In this document: positions 38,345-50,985 of the stretch, one piece after another | Numbering within the stretch: position 1 is the first letter of the stretch | Layout of the letters: every line of letters starts with the position of its first letter | NCBI RefSeq assembly: GCF_009914755.1 | Contig: NC_060938.1 | From: the human T2T-CHM13v2.0 reference genome, Homo sapiens | DNA length: 64,000 nucleotides | Direction: 5' to 3' (one strand) | The notes under the pieces: model-generated | Database searches by the model: none | What the model saw: only the letters and a program-made list of their open reading frames with translations | What the model was told of the DNA's origin: nothing | Position numbers and translations under genes: made by a program

Positions 38345-38545
38345 TACAATTTTTTAAATTGTGTCTAAAAAAACACATAACATAAAATTTACCATCATAA
38401 CCATTTTTAAGTGTACAGCTCAGTAGTGTTAAGTATATTCACATGTTGTGCACTGTTCGTAGCAATGTAAAATGGTGCAGCTGCTATGGAAAACTGTATA
38501 GTGGTTCCTCAAAAATCAAAAATAGAATTACCATATGATTGCGCA
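38345..38545. mobile_element. Short L1MB-like element with opposed fragments
   Basis: Minus-strand 3' end (AAATTTACCATCATAACCATTTTTAAGTGTACAG) joined to plus-strand AATGTAAAATGGTGCAGCTGCTATGGAAAAC. Confidence 0.75.
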
Positions 38546-39195
38546 TTTGAATCTGAGTACATCTCTAACTTAATTGCCAAGATAGAGCATAACTCTGTGG
38601 CCTGTGGTGCAGCAGTCCCCAGGGGCAGAGATTGGAGAAAGAAAGTTTATAGTCACCCAGTTCTATGTCACTAATATCTCCCTCCTTCATACCTTATATC
38701 TATTTAGCTATTAAATTCCGTTAGATTGTCTCATCAATGTTTTTTCTTTTATCTTTTACTTCTTCTCCAATCACATAAGACTGATTGTCAAATTCTTACT
38801 CAAGAAGACAGTCTGCAAGGTATCCAAAGCATCAAAAGCAAAGGAACTGAAACAGAGAATTTGCCCATTTATTTAACATATATCATTGAACACCTACCAT
38901 GTCCTTAGCACTAAGCCATATACTGAGAATGCAGTGACAAATAAAAAGAAAATGTCTCCTTGCTTTAAAGGTACTTATAGTCTAATGAAAGGCAATAAAT
39001 AAATTAACAAATGAATAGTTACGTAGTATAAGTCTATGAAGGAAAGCAACAGGGAGCTACCACAGAGGATTACAGAGAAAATCCACTTAGACTACTTGGT
39101 CCTGGAAGGACCAGGCTGCATCACTGAAGCAGAGGTCCCAGGATAAGCAGCTGTTCTAAGTGCAGAAACAGGGTCAAATCCTACTGGAGGAGTGA

Positions 39196-39680
<485 letters not shown>

Positions 39681-42600
39681 TTAATTCTATTCTTAACACT
39701 AAAAGCATCTTGCCTTCAGACAGGTTTTGTTCCATGCCCAAATGACACAGACTGCCTATTTCAAGTTAAGACTCTGCTTCAAGAGAGAAACCACAGATAC
39801 CTTCTCATCTTTCTTGTCCCTTCTTCCATGAACAATTAGCCACTCTATCCTGTGGTGCCACCTCAGATATGCCTTAAAGGCATCCACTGTGCTCTTTCTA
39901 TTCTCAAAACCTCAGTTCCTAAGTCACATAGATCCTTATAATAGCCTCCAAACCAGGCTTCCAAATCCACTTCTGCAACATCTCTCTACCCCTCCTGCCC
40001 CAGTGCACTCTGCTCTCCACACCACCTCCAGCTTTATTATAAATTCACATACACTTAGGTGGCCCTCCTCTCCCCATCCCCTATCCTGTTAAAATATCGC
40101 ATGGCTTCTTATTTGCCTTTAGTAGAACCAGAAGCCTTTGCAGCATGAACATACTGCTCTGTATCATTTGCTATTGTTTCCTGTGTGTTCACCTTGGCTT
40201 CCCACCTACATGTCTTGAAGTCATTAATACTTTGTAATGGGACTATATTTGTACCCTCCAGAGCAACTAGAATAGCAATGAGCACATTGTTTGATTAATA
40301 TCAATAGCTGTTAAATTAAGCTCATTAAGTGTCCTGTTTTATTGCTAGAGTTTAGTCAGAACCATGATTTACCTTTTCATAATTAAAATAAGTAAACGTC
40401 TGCTTTATTTGACCAATTGGTTGCCTGTGGTGACTACTGTTCTCATTTTGAGACTTTGGTCATGCTATATACTAGTGGTCATTTTTTGTGAGGGTGAATG
40501 TTATCCTCACAATGAACCATCCACTCAGTTACATCAGACACTGCTCACAGAGTTCAGCAAACAAATGTGCTCTCCTTTCAAAGCAGTCGGATGGAAAATA
40601 GCCTCAAGGTGTAAATCTTTTCGTTCTTTAGGTACAAAGGGGACACATTAAATGTGATCTCAAGTTTAAACTGTGTATGCTGTCAAAGAAATTCAAATGG
40701 GGGCACCTCTTATTATATTGGACCCAAGGTGAGTGTGAAAAATATACCTTCCATTGACATGATGAGAGAGAATTACTTTCTTTCTTCTTTCCACTAACGT
40801 ACTCCAAGGGATTAATTCTGTGCCAGCAAAGCTCTTGGCAAATTTTCATGTTGTATCCTGAATAGTCATCAGGGGTTATATTGCACTCATACCTTTTATT
40901 AATTTCAAATATTCTGCAGTCTTAAGCCAAAATAAATAAATAAATACTAGAAACTACTGAACTTGGCAACTGTCTCCACTTGAGACCCATTAGAAAAACA
41001 ACCAAGATACTCTTTAGTAAAAATTTGGTTTGGTTTGGATTTCACCATCAGAGAATTCTCTTTGATTTGTAGATGTACAATCTCATCCCAGGAAATTGCT
41101 TCAGTTTCTTCCCATCCTGAATACAAGGGAAGTAATATTTTTTTCTTTGCATTATGTTTCAATCTTGTCTCTCTTAACTGTTATTTAATTTGCCTAAAAT
41201 TATAATTACCAGGGGACCTAATGCATTGGATAATGAGAAAAAAATAAGTTATTATAGGTTGAAAATTATAGTCATCTAGTGTTTTAAAAATTCACTCAGA
41301 ACAACTTTTAATAAGATAAATTTTTCAGTTCCTTCCCAATTATAGTGAAACCACTCACTAATCTTCACTACTGGAAAGCTAGACTTGTCACAAAAGGGAG
41401 TTGTCCTCTCCCATGTAGTTGCTCTATGTCAAGTCCCTTGCTACCTATTGCGATATCAGTTTTCCTGATATATATCCATCACCTCTCTTCCACCTACTCA
41501 CGTTATTTCTCCAAAAGGAATTACTTCATTGATTTTTGGCTGTGATATTTACTCACTGTTAATAGAAAATGTCAGGATGGTAGGAAGGACTTGTTTGATA
41601 TTTATAATTTTTATAAGAATCCGTAAGTCATTTTCTCTGAATTAAAAAAAAAAAACATTCCTTTGAAATTTCAGAATGCATCTGTTACTCAACACAGAGT
41701 GTGCCTAAATCAGTACATATATTCTTACATATCATATTTATGTTCTCATAAGGCCAGATTTTTTTTAAAATGACTTCTAGTTTCTGTGCTCCCACAAATT
41801 GTATTTGTCTCCTTTGTCCACATATACAATTGTGTCTTTATTGCCTTAAATGAGTCAATTGAGATCCCAGTAAAGTTACAATACAAAAGGAGGTCTTTTG
41901 GTTTGGAAAAATGAAAACTGCCTATTACACTTATGTACGCTGATTTTTAATGGCACTTAATCAAAACTTCTAAGAGTTTTATTCTGAAAAGTTCTTATAA
42001 GAGCATAGTCTAAATCTTTCTTAGCTATATTCTTATTAAACTTAGAGTGTTATTATATCCATGTAAGTTCTGGTTAAATTATGTTTTGATTATGACTAAT
42101 AGTCACAAGTATGGTAAAGGGTATCCATAGGTGGAGAAAGAGGGTACTAGGAAGCTGAGAGGTGGAAAGAGTGGGAGTAATGAGGGGCAGGTCTGCTTGT
42201 TCATTGTTTATCTCCCTATAGGATAGAGAGGGGTCATAGGGTCAGGCTTCCTCCTTATTGCCATTCCCATTTCTTCACAACTGGGGAGACTCAACTGCAA
42301 ACATGGCTTATTAAGGAATCACCAGGAGAAGTTAGCCATGAAAAGGAAGAACATGGCTGCTGTTGACATGTGATATCTCAGTGCTGGGCATGAAGTAGGT
42401 TTTCCTTCATCATCCACCTGGAAATGTGTGGTGTATGCACAGCATGTGTTATTACTTTGGCTTAGATTGCGGGAATAATGATAGGTTTGGTGGGGAGGCT
42501 ATTAAAGAGAAGTAAATTCTCCTTCTTTCTTCTTGTTCTGAAACAGTTTAATAAGTCATTTTTGCCTGGGGGATAAAAATAAAAGATGGAAAATTCTTTT

Positions 42601-43269
42601 TAGCAAATAATATGTTACAATTCATTTCATGTTTCTATTATAAAACAAGAAGCAATTTGACTAAACAAAATCTGGAACTGAAGTAGTTTATGATGGTGCT
42701 TTTTTTTTTCACCTTTTATTGACAGAAAGCTATTTTGGAAACATTGAGAATTTGAATAATGTATTTGTCTGAATTAACAAATTATTGTTTAAATGTTTAA
42801 AATAGCATTTTATTACAATTATGATTGCCTCAAACAGGTAGGGAATTTCACAAATGAATAGGGAAACAAAAGAATGTTACATGGACCATTTATTTTCTAA
42901 TAGTTGTAGCTGAGAAATGAAATTTGTCTGTTGACTGTGGGTGGTGAATGTTGCCATAGCAACCTATTCCTTAGGCAAAACTGGAGGGTAATCATTGTGA
43001 CGAGGGTAAAAGTCAGAAAGCTGACTTGTGAAGATATATTTTTGGGCAATGTGAGATCATGAATATTTTTTTCTAAGATACGTGTGGGAGAGCAGCTCTG
43101 GAAGAGTTAAAGGTCTTAGGTGAGAGGTGCTGGGTATGCTTTGGCTTAAGCATTTTATCATTATGGGGACCGATGATTTTGGTTCATACAGTGATAAGTC
43201 TTGCATTTGCTAGCTGCAGCACCAGCCAAAGGGAGAAATAATTGAGACTATTTTCTCATACGTAATAAT

Positions 43270-43500
43270 AACAGCAGGAGCTCATACCTATTTCACCAGG
43301 TGCTCTTCTGAGTACCTTACACATATTATTTATTGTAATCTTCACAAGGAACTCCAAAGTAATATTGTTAATTACATTTTATAGATAATGAAACTGAGGC
43401 ACAGGAAAGTTCATTAACTATCTTAAGGTCATTCAGTTGATAAGTGACCAATAGAAATGGAACCCAGACCATGATCTCTGAGTCAGTGCTGCCCTAGCTC
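43270..43500 (-). mobile_element. MIR SINE
   Basis: ATTTTATAGATAATGAAACTGAGGCACAG core. Confidence 0.8.
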
Positions 43501-43892
43501 TTATGTTTTGCTGCCATGCAATGTGATTAAAAAGCATGATGTGAATGATGGGAATACATCAGTTTTTGAGAGGAGGTTCTACTTTTTATTTCCTCAGAAG
43601 TTAATAATTACCTTAAATGAAGAGAGGATCCTAGCAGTAAATCCTTGAGTGAAATAAACCATAGAGGCTTTCTCCCTATTGGGAATTTTTAAAAGAAATC
43701 GTGTGTGGGAAGGACAAGTTGGGGACTATTGGATTGAAACTATCCCAGCTCTTAAGATCTGTCAGTAGAACCTGCTCTGCAAGTGTTGGGTAGAAGGTCT
43801 ATGGCCATGAATGTAATTCCCTGAATTCATGACCCTCCTCTAGGAGACCAAGGCAAGCCATTTTAACCCTTCTCCTTCAAAAATGAAAAATA

Positions 43893-44905
43893 ATAGTTTA
43901 CATTCCCACCAGTAGGGTAGAAGTGTTCCCTTTTCACCACATCCACGCCAACATCTATTATTTTTTGATTATGGCCATTCTTACAGGAGTGAGGTAGTTT
44001 CACACTGGAGTTTTGATTTGCATTTTCCTGATCATTTAGTGATGTTAAGCCTTTCTTCATATGTTTGTTGGCCATTTGTATATCTTCTTTTAAGAATTGT
44101 CTATTCATGTCCTTTTTGATGGGATTGTTTGTTTTGTTCTAGGTAATTTGAGTTCTTTGTAGATTCTGGATGTTAGTCCTTTGTCGGATGTACAGATTGT
44201 GAATATTTTCTCCCACTCTGGGAGGTAAATGTCCATTTACCCTGCTGACTGTTCCTTTTGCTAGTACAATCACTGTGGAAAACAGTGTGGAGATTCCTTA
44301 AAGAACTAAAAGTAGAACTACCATTTGATCCAGCAATCCCACTACTGGGTTTCTACTCAGAGGAAAATAAGTCATTACACGAAAAAGATTCTTGTACATG
44401 CATGTTGATAGCAGAATTGCAAAAATATGGAACCAGCCTAAATGCCCATCAATCAACCAGTAGATAAAAAATTGTGAGATATATATATATATATATATGA
44501 TGGAATACTACTCAGCCATAAAAAGAAACAAATTAATGGCATTCGCAGCAACCTGGATGGAACTGGAGACTATTATTTTAAGCGAAGTAGCTCAGGAATG
44601 GAAAACCAAATATTGTATGTTCTCACTCATAAGTGGGAGCTAAGCTATGAGTATGCAAAGACATAAGAATGATACAATGGACTTTGGAGACTCAGAGGAA
44701 ATGGTTGGGGGCGGTGAGGAGCTAAAGACTACAAATTTTGTTCAGTGTATACTGCTTCGGTGATGGGTGTACCAAAATCTCACAAATCACAACTAAAGAA
44801 CTTACCCATGTAACCAAATACTACCTGTTCGCCAAAAACCTATGGAAATAAAAAATAATAAAATAAAATAAAATCACTGAACTATCTGCAAAAAAAAAAA
44901 AAAAA
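43893..44905 (+). mobile_element. L1PB-like element with 5' inversion (minus 43893-44260, plus 44261-44874) and a second A-tail
   Basis: ORF 43863..44108 (-) and ORF 44258..44467 (+) are consecutive ORF2p C-terminal pieces in opposite orientation. Confidence 0.9.
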
Positions 44906-45199
44906 GGAAAAGAATGGCTGGATTTGTTGCAGAGGTATTACAAAAATCAAATGATGCAATGAAAATGATTCGTAAACTCAACAGAACAGAGCAAACACAA
45001 AGAGAGTATTATTAGAGCTAATGACCTTCAGCATTATTTTCAGATTTTCCAGGCTTTGATAATAAGTGTGTATGTATTTGCTTATCTAGGGAGGATGTGA
45101 GACTGGAATCTGGTTTTAAATGGCAAACCATTCTTTCTGGAAGGTTATTCAGAGTATAGAGAAGGAAATCTATTTAAAATGAATTCGTAGGACCATGCT

Positions 45200-45450
45200 A
45201 AGAGCTAACATGTATTGATGGCTTACCACATGCAAGTCACTGTTCTTAGCACTTTTGTCTGCTTTAATTCATATATTCTCTACAATAATTCCATGTACTA
45301 GGTACCATTTCTATTTTCCCAACATTTATAGATGAGAACCTAGAGAAGATAGATATAAAGTAAACTTACTCAAGGTCATGGAGCTACAAATTTCAAATCC
45401 AGGTCTCAAAACCTGGTGCTTGACTCTGGAGTCAATCCTTGTAACTGCTA
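45200..45450 (-). mobile_element. MIR SINE
   Basis: CATTTATAGATGAGAACC..AACTTACTCAAGGTCA..TGACTCTGGAGTC. Confidence 0.7.
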
Positions 45451-46156
45451 TACTGTATTACCCTTTATTATGTATTATTATTTCATAAAAAATTGGTGTA
45501 AATGTGATGCATCAGCCTGTGTGTGTGTGTGTGTGTAAATTTTTGTTTATTTTTAGTTAAAAAAACTCTTCTAAACTGTTTGGGCAATACATATGTTTAA
45601 CTACTAAGATAACAGGGAACATTAACTCAATAAAATGTGTAATTTTAAAAATATTAGTTATTTCACAGATGGACAGTTTTGTGAAAGTGTCATAAGAAAA
45701 GAGTAGTAAAATCCTGGCTAAGAAGCCTAGGTTATGCCATCATCCATTTAATGTATTTATGCAGCAGATCTGAATGCCAAATATTCCTGGGAGGAAAGGA
45801 TACATCTGCCATTATGTTTGTTTTCTGGGAGCTTTCAGTCCAGATGTGGAAATAGGATGTGTGCATGGTAGGAAAAGGTAGCAAACAAGAAGTTCATGTA
45901 AAATGCTAAAAGCCTTCAAAGGGATATAAGTACTTCTGGTGGGATTGGGGGTGAGACATGAGCATGGCTTGTTTTTCTCCCTTTTGTCTATAAGTAACAT
46001 TATTATTTGCTCCATTATATACTCCATTAACTTTATTGTTAACATGTATTACAGGTTACTAACTTACTATCTTATGGATTCTGCCTATGTCTCATAAGCT
46101 ATTTGTTTACTCATTATACTTAAGTATTATACACCATGACTTTTACTTACATTTCT

Positions 46157-46480
46157 GATGTGGTCTGAATGTTTCTGCCCCTCACCCCTGCTCCCAAATT
46201 CATGTGCTGAAACCCAATTACCAATGTGATGGTATTAGAAGGTGGGGCCTTTGGGATGTGATTAAGTCAGGAGGGCAGAGTGACCTTATAAAAGAGGCCC
46301 AGAGAGCTGCCTTGATCCTTCCACCACCTGAGGACACAGCAATAAGGTACCCATTTATGAAGCAGGAAATGAGCCTTCACCAGATACCAAATCTGCCAGC
46401 ATCTTGCTCTTGGACCTCCTAGCCCACAGAACAGTGGGCAATACCCAGTTTATGGTATTTTGTTACTGTAGAATAAAGAC
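46157..46480 (+). mobile_element. MaLR LTR (MST/MLT1A-like)
   Basis: TGATGTGGTCTGAATGTTT..AATGTGATGGTATTAGAAGGTGGGGCCTTTGGGA..TATGGTATTTTGTTA. Confidence 0.85.
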
Positions 46481-46764
46481 AAGGTCATAGGCTATCAACT
46501 TTATCTATACTTAACACTTCTTTTGCATTTCACCATCTTGTTTGTTTTATAGTCTTTTATCACAAAATTGAATATTCTCAAATAATACAGCAAACTTATA
46601 TTAGAAGGTTTGATGTGACATGATCTGTCTTCAGTGCTTATGTAAAGTTTACCTGGGAAGCCACACAATATAAAGACTGAAGAGAAGGAAGCTAAGGATA
46701 GAACTTATGGGAATGTCCACATACAGCAAAAGGGGAAGGAAGGTGAGCCAAAATTCCAATGTCA

Positions 46765-48420
46765 TTTTCTTTGTAGATGTGTAAAAAACAATCTAAAATT
46801 TGTATAGAACCAGAAAAAATCCCAAACTGACAAAGCAATCTTGAGCAAAAAGAACAAATCTGCAAGCATCACATTCCTTATTTCAAAATATATTATGAAG
46901 TGACTGTAATCAAAACAGCATGGTGCTGTCATAATAACAGATACCAACCAATAACAGAAACCAATGGAACAGGATAGAAAGCCTAGAAATAAACCCAAGT
47001 CTTTATGGTAAATTTATTTTCACTAAAAGTGTCAAGAACACACAATGGGAAAAGGACAGTCTCTTTAGTAAATGGTGCTGGGAAAACTGGATATTCACAT
47101 GCAGAAGAATGAAATTGGACCCTTATCTCGCACCATTTACAAAAATCAACTCAAAATGGATGAAAGACAGCATGGAAGACCTAAGAGTGTAAAGCTGCTG
47201 GAAGAAAACATGAGAATAGGAGAGACAACATTGGTATGGGAAATGATTTCTTGGATAGGACTCCAAAAGCACAGGCTACAAAAGCAAAAATACACAAATG
47301 AGATTACATCAAAATAAAACTTTTCTGCAAAGAAATAAAAATTAACAGAGTAAAAAGACATTCCATGGATTGGAAGAATATATCTGTAAACTGTACATCT
47401 GATAAGAGACTGATATAAAAAAATAGGAACTGAAACAACTTAATAGCAAGAAAGGAATAATCTGATTTTAAAATGGGCAAAGGATCTGAATAGACATTTC
47501 TCAAAATAAGAGTTAAGAAGGGCGAACAGATAAATGAAAAACTGCTCAACATCTCTAATCATTACGGAATTACAAATCTAAACCACAATGAGTTATCATC
47601 TCACACCTGTTAGAATGGCTATTATCAAAAAGACAAATGAGAAGTGTTGATATAGGAAAATCTTGTACACTGTTGGTGGGGATGTAAATTAGCATAATCA
47701 TTTTGGAAAACAGTATAGGGGTTCCTCAGAAAACTTAAAGCAGAATTACCATCAGCAATGCCACTTCTGGGTATATATCCAAAGGAATTGAAATTGGTAT
47801 GTTGAAGTGATATCTGCACTCCTATGTTCATTTCAGCATTTTTACAAGAGTCAAAATATGAAAACAAGCTGAGTGTCCAACCTAAGAATGCATAACAAAA
47901 ATGTGGTATATATACACAATGCAATACTATGCAGCTCCCCCATAAAGAAGGGACTTCTGTCATTCAAGACTATGTGAATGGAACTGGAGGGCATTATGTT
48001 AAGTGAAGTTAGGCAGGCACCAAAAGACAAATACTATATGATCTCACTTGTGTGTGAAATATAAAAAAAGTTGATCTCATAGAACAGAGAGTATAAATTG
48101 GTTACCAGAGGATGAGGGGCAGGGTAGTAAGGAGGCAGAGAGATGGGGACAGGGAAGATTTTCATCAAATAGTACAAAGTTTCAGTTAGACTGAAGGAAT
48201 AAGTTTTAGTGATCTATTGTACTGCATGGTGACACCAGTTAATGATGCATATTTCAAAATTACTAAAATAATAGATTTTTAACATTCTTATGAAGAGGGT
48301 AACTTGGTGAAGTGATGGATATGTTAATTATCTTGATACATAGATGCATCAAAATGTATACATAGATCAAAAGATCACATTGTACCCCATAAATATACAC
48401 AATTATTATTTGTTAATCCA
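46765..48420 (+). mobile_element. L1MA-like LINE-1 (ORF2 3' part and 3'UTR)
   Basis: AAATGGTGCTGGGAAAACTGGATATTCACATGCAGAAGAATGAAATTGGACCC; L1MA-type 3' end. Confidence 0.9.
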
Positions 48421-48481
48421 AAAGGAAGGAAGGGGGCAAGAGAGGAGAGAGGAAAGAAAGAAAAAGAGAAAGAAAATAAAA

Positions 48482-48517
<36 letters not shown>

Positions 48518-48566
48518 AAAAGAAAAAAAGAGAGAAGAGAGAGAAAGGAAGGGAGGGAGGGAAGGT
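48421..48566. repeat. Polypurine (GAAA)n/(GGAA)-type low-complexity tract derived from the L1 tail
   Basis: Read directly. Confidence 0.92.
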
Positions 48567-50033
48567 AGGTCAGAGAAGCAGGAGAGCCAAGTTTTGTTTT
48601 TGTTTTTTAAGGATCATGAAAACCAAGGGAAGATGTTTAAATTTAGGATATGCTGAAACTGTGAGATTAGGGAATCAAACCAAAAGAGTCCCTGAAGATG
48701 CTGGTAGAGGAGAAGCCTTTCCCAGAAGATAGAATCTCTGTGGAAGCTTTGACCATATCCTGGCTGTCAGAGAACAATGGCAATAAGCAATGAGTGGTAT
48801 AAGTGAGGAGTATGGACTTGGGATGATGTATAACACGGAGGTCAAATGCACAGGTGTTGACATCTATTGGATAAAGTCCCAGCTGGCAGTTTGACGTTGG
48901 ACAATTTAACCTCTAAAAAGACTCAACTTCCTTAATTGTAATAACATAATAATAGTATTTGTAGGGCTGTTGTAAAGCACATAAAAGTAAGAACCTAATA
49001 CATTATAGCTATTATTTTTATTTCTATTTTAATAGATATTAGGGAAAAAATGTTAAGAATATAGAAAATTCATTCATAACTAAAGAAGAGGATTTATTTC
49101 ACAGGACACAGCAAAGAGGTTAATAGAGTGTAAAATACAAATACAGAGGGAAAGATCTAGGCTAAATGTGGGGAAAGGCAGTGGCCAAAGAGTTGATAGT
49201 CTGATTATCCAAAGCTAGATCTCAGGGTGGGCTGGTCCTACCTATTTCCCAGTTCTTACATAATTTCATTAATGTGTATGCCTGGAAAAAGATGACTAAA
49301 TAAAATACCAATAACTCTATTTTTGGGTCAGTGCCAGTAGGGAGAGGCACAATCATTTGGGCATAATTTTATCAGTGGGAGGTCTGGGAATGAGTTTGGA
49401 TGCAGTCCTTTTCAGGTATTGTGAAATTTCTTAGTAAGGAGAAAAAATTTAAAACATAAACTAATTCATGAAATCCTCTTATTAACTGTTACTGTGATAA
49501 AAATCTATGTTACAAAATTATACACAAGGTTAAAATCATAGACCATTCATTTGTGCTTAAAAAATGTTTAAGAGCACAAATCCATTGATTCCTTTGGAAA
49601 TGCAAAATAAAATTTAACCTTGACTTAAAATTTATTTCCATTCCCTTCTACCATGTTTCTTTCCATCCACTACAATTCAGTCTTGCTGGTTTAGTTATGA
49701 GAGGAGGAGGGGTAACAGCAGGATAGCAAGGCAGATGCAGTGTGGTATGAATTGAAGGATAAAGTTATGTTTGAGATAATGCAAGAACAATACGAGGACA
49801 GAGTTACTGAAACACATTTGAATCAATGTAAAAAATTAGCATATTATTACTGGACCCATTGAATAGCTCAAGGAACCTATTGAAGTAGAGAAATGCCACT
49901 TAAACAAGAACATCTTGTTTTCTGGTAGAAAAGGGACAAAGATTCAACACGGTATGCCAATCAGAGAAAATGTGCAATTTATATAGATGAGAACTTGATT
50001 CTTTCTAGACGTATGATAGGTAAGAAAATTTGT

Positions 50034-50399
<366 letters not shown>

Positions 50400-50469
50400 C
50401 TAGGAAGAAATGGGAAAAATAGACCCCCACTTTCACCAGTATGCGAAAATTTAATTATAGTCAAAGAAA

Positions 50470-50985
50470 ATTTGGTATACGTGCACAATGAAATACTATT
50501 CAACCATTAAAAAGAATGAAATCCTGTCATTTGTGCCCACATGGATAGAACTGAAGGACATTGTGTTAAATGAAATAAGCCAGGAACACAAAGTTAAACA
50601 CCACATGTTATCACTCATATGTGGAAGCTAAAAAAGTTGATGTCATAGAAGTAAAAAGCAGAACAGAGGGTACTAGAGGCTGGGCAGGGTAGGGGGAAGG
50701 GAGGGCTAGGGAGAGATTTGTTAAAGAATGCAAAATTACAGCTAGATAGGAGGAATAAAGTATAGTGTTCTCTACCACTGTAGGATGATTTTAATTAGCA
50801 ATAATATATAGTTTCAAATAGCAGATGGAGGATATTGAATGTTCCCAACACAAAGAAATGATAAATGTTTGAGATTATGGATGTGCTAATAACCTGGATC
50901 TGAGCACTATACATTATACGCATTAAAATGTCACTATGTACCCATGAATATGTACAATTATCATTTGTCAAATTAAAAAATAAAT
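50470..50985 (+). mobile_element. L1MA-like 3' end
   Basis: AAAAAGAATGAAATCCTGTCATTTG..AAAATTACAGCTAGATAGGAGGAATAA. Confidence 0.88.

Noticed and set aside
48344-48568. Lys/Arg/Glu-rich ORF
   Set aside because: Translation of an L1 tail and (GAAA)n repeat.
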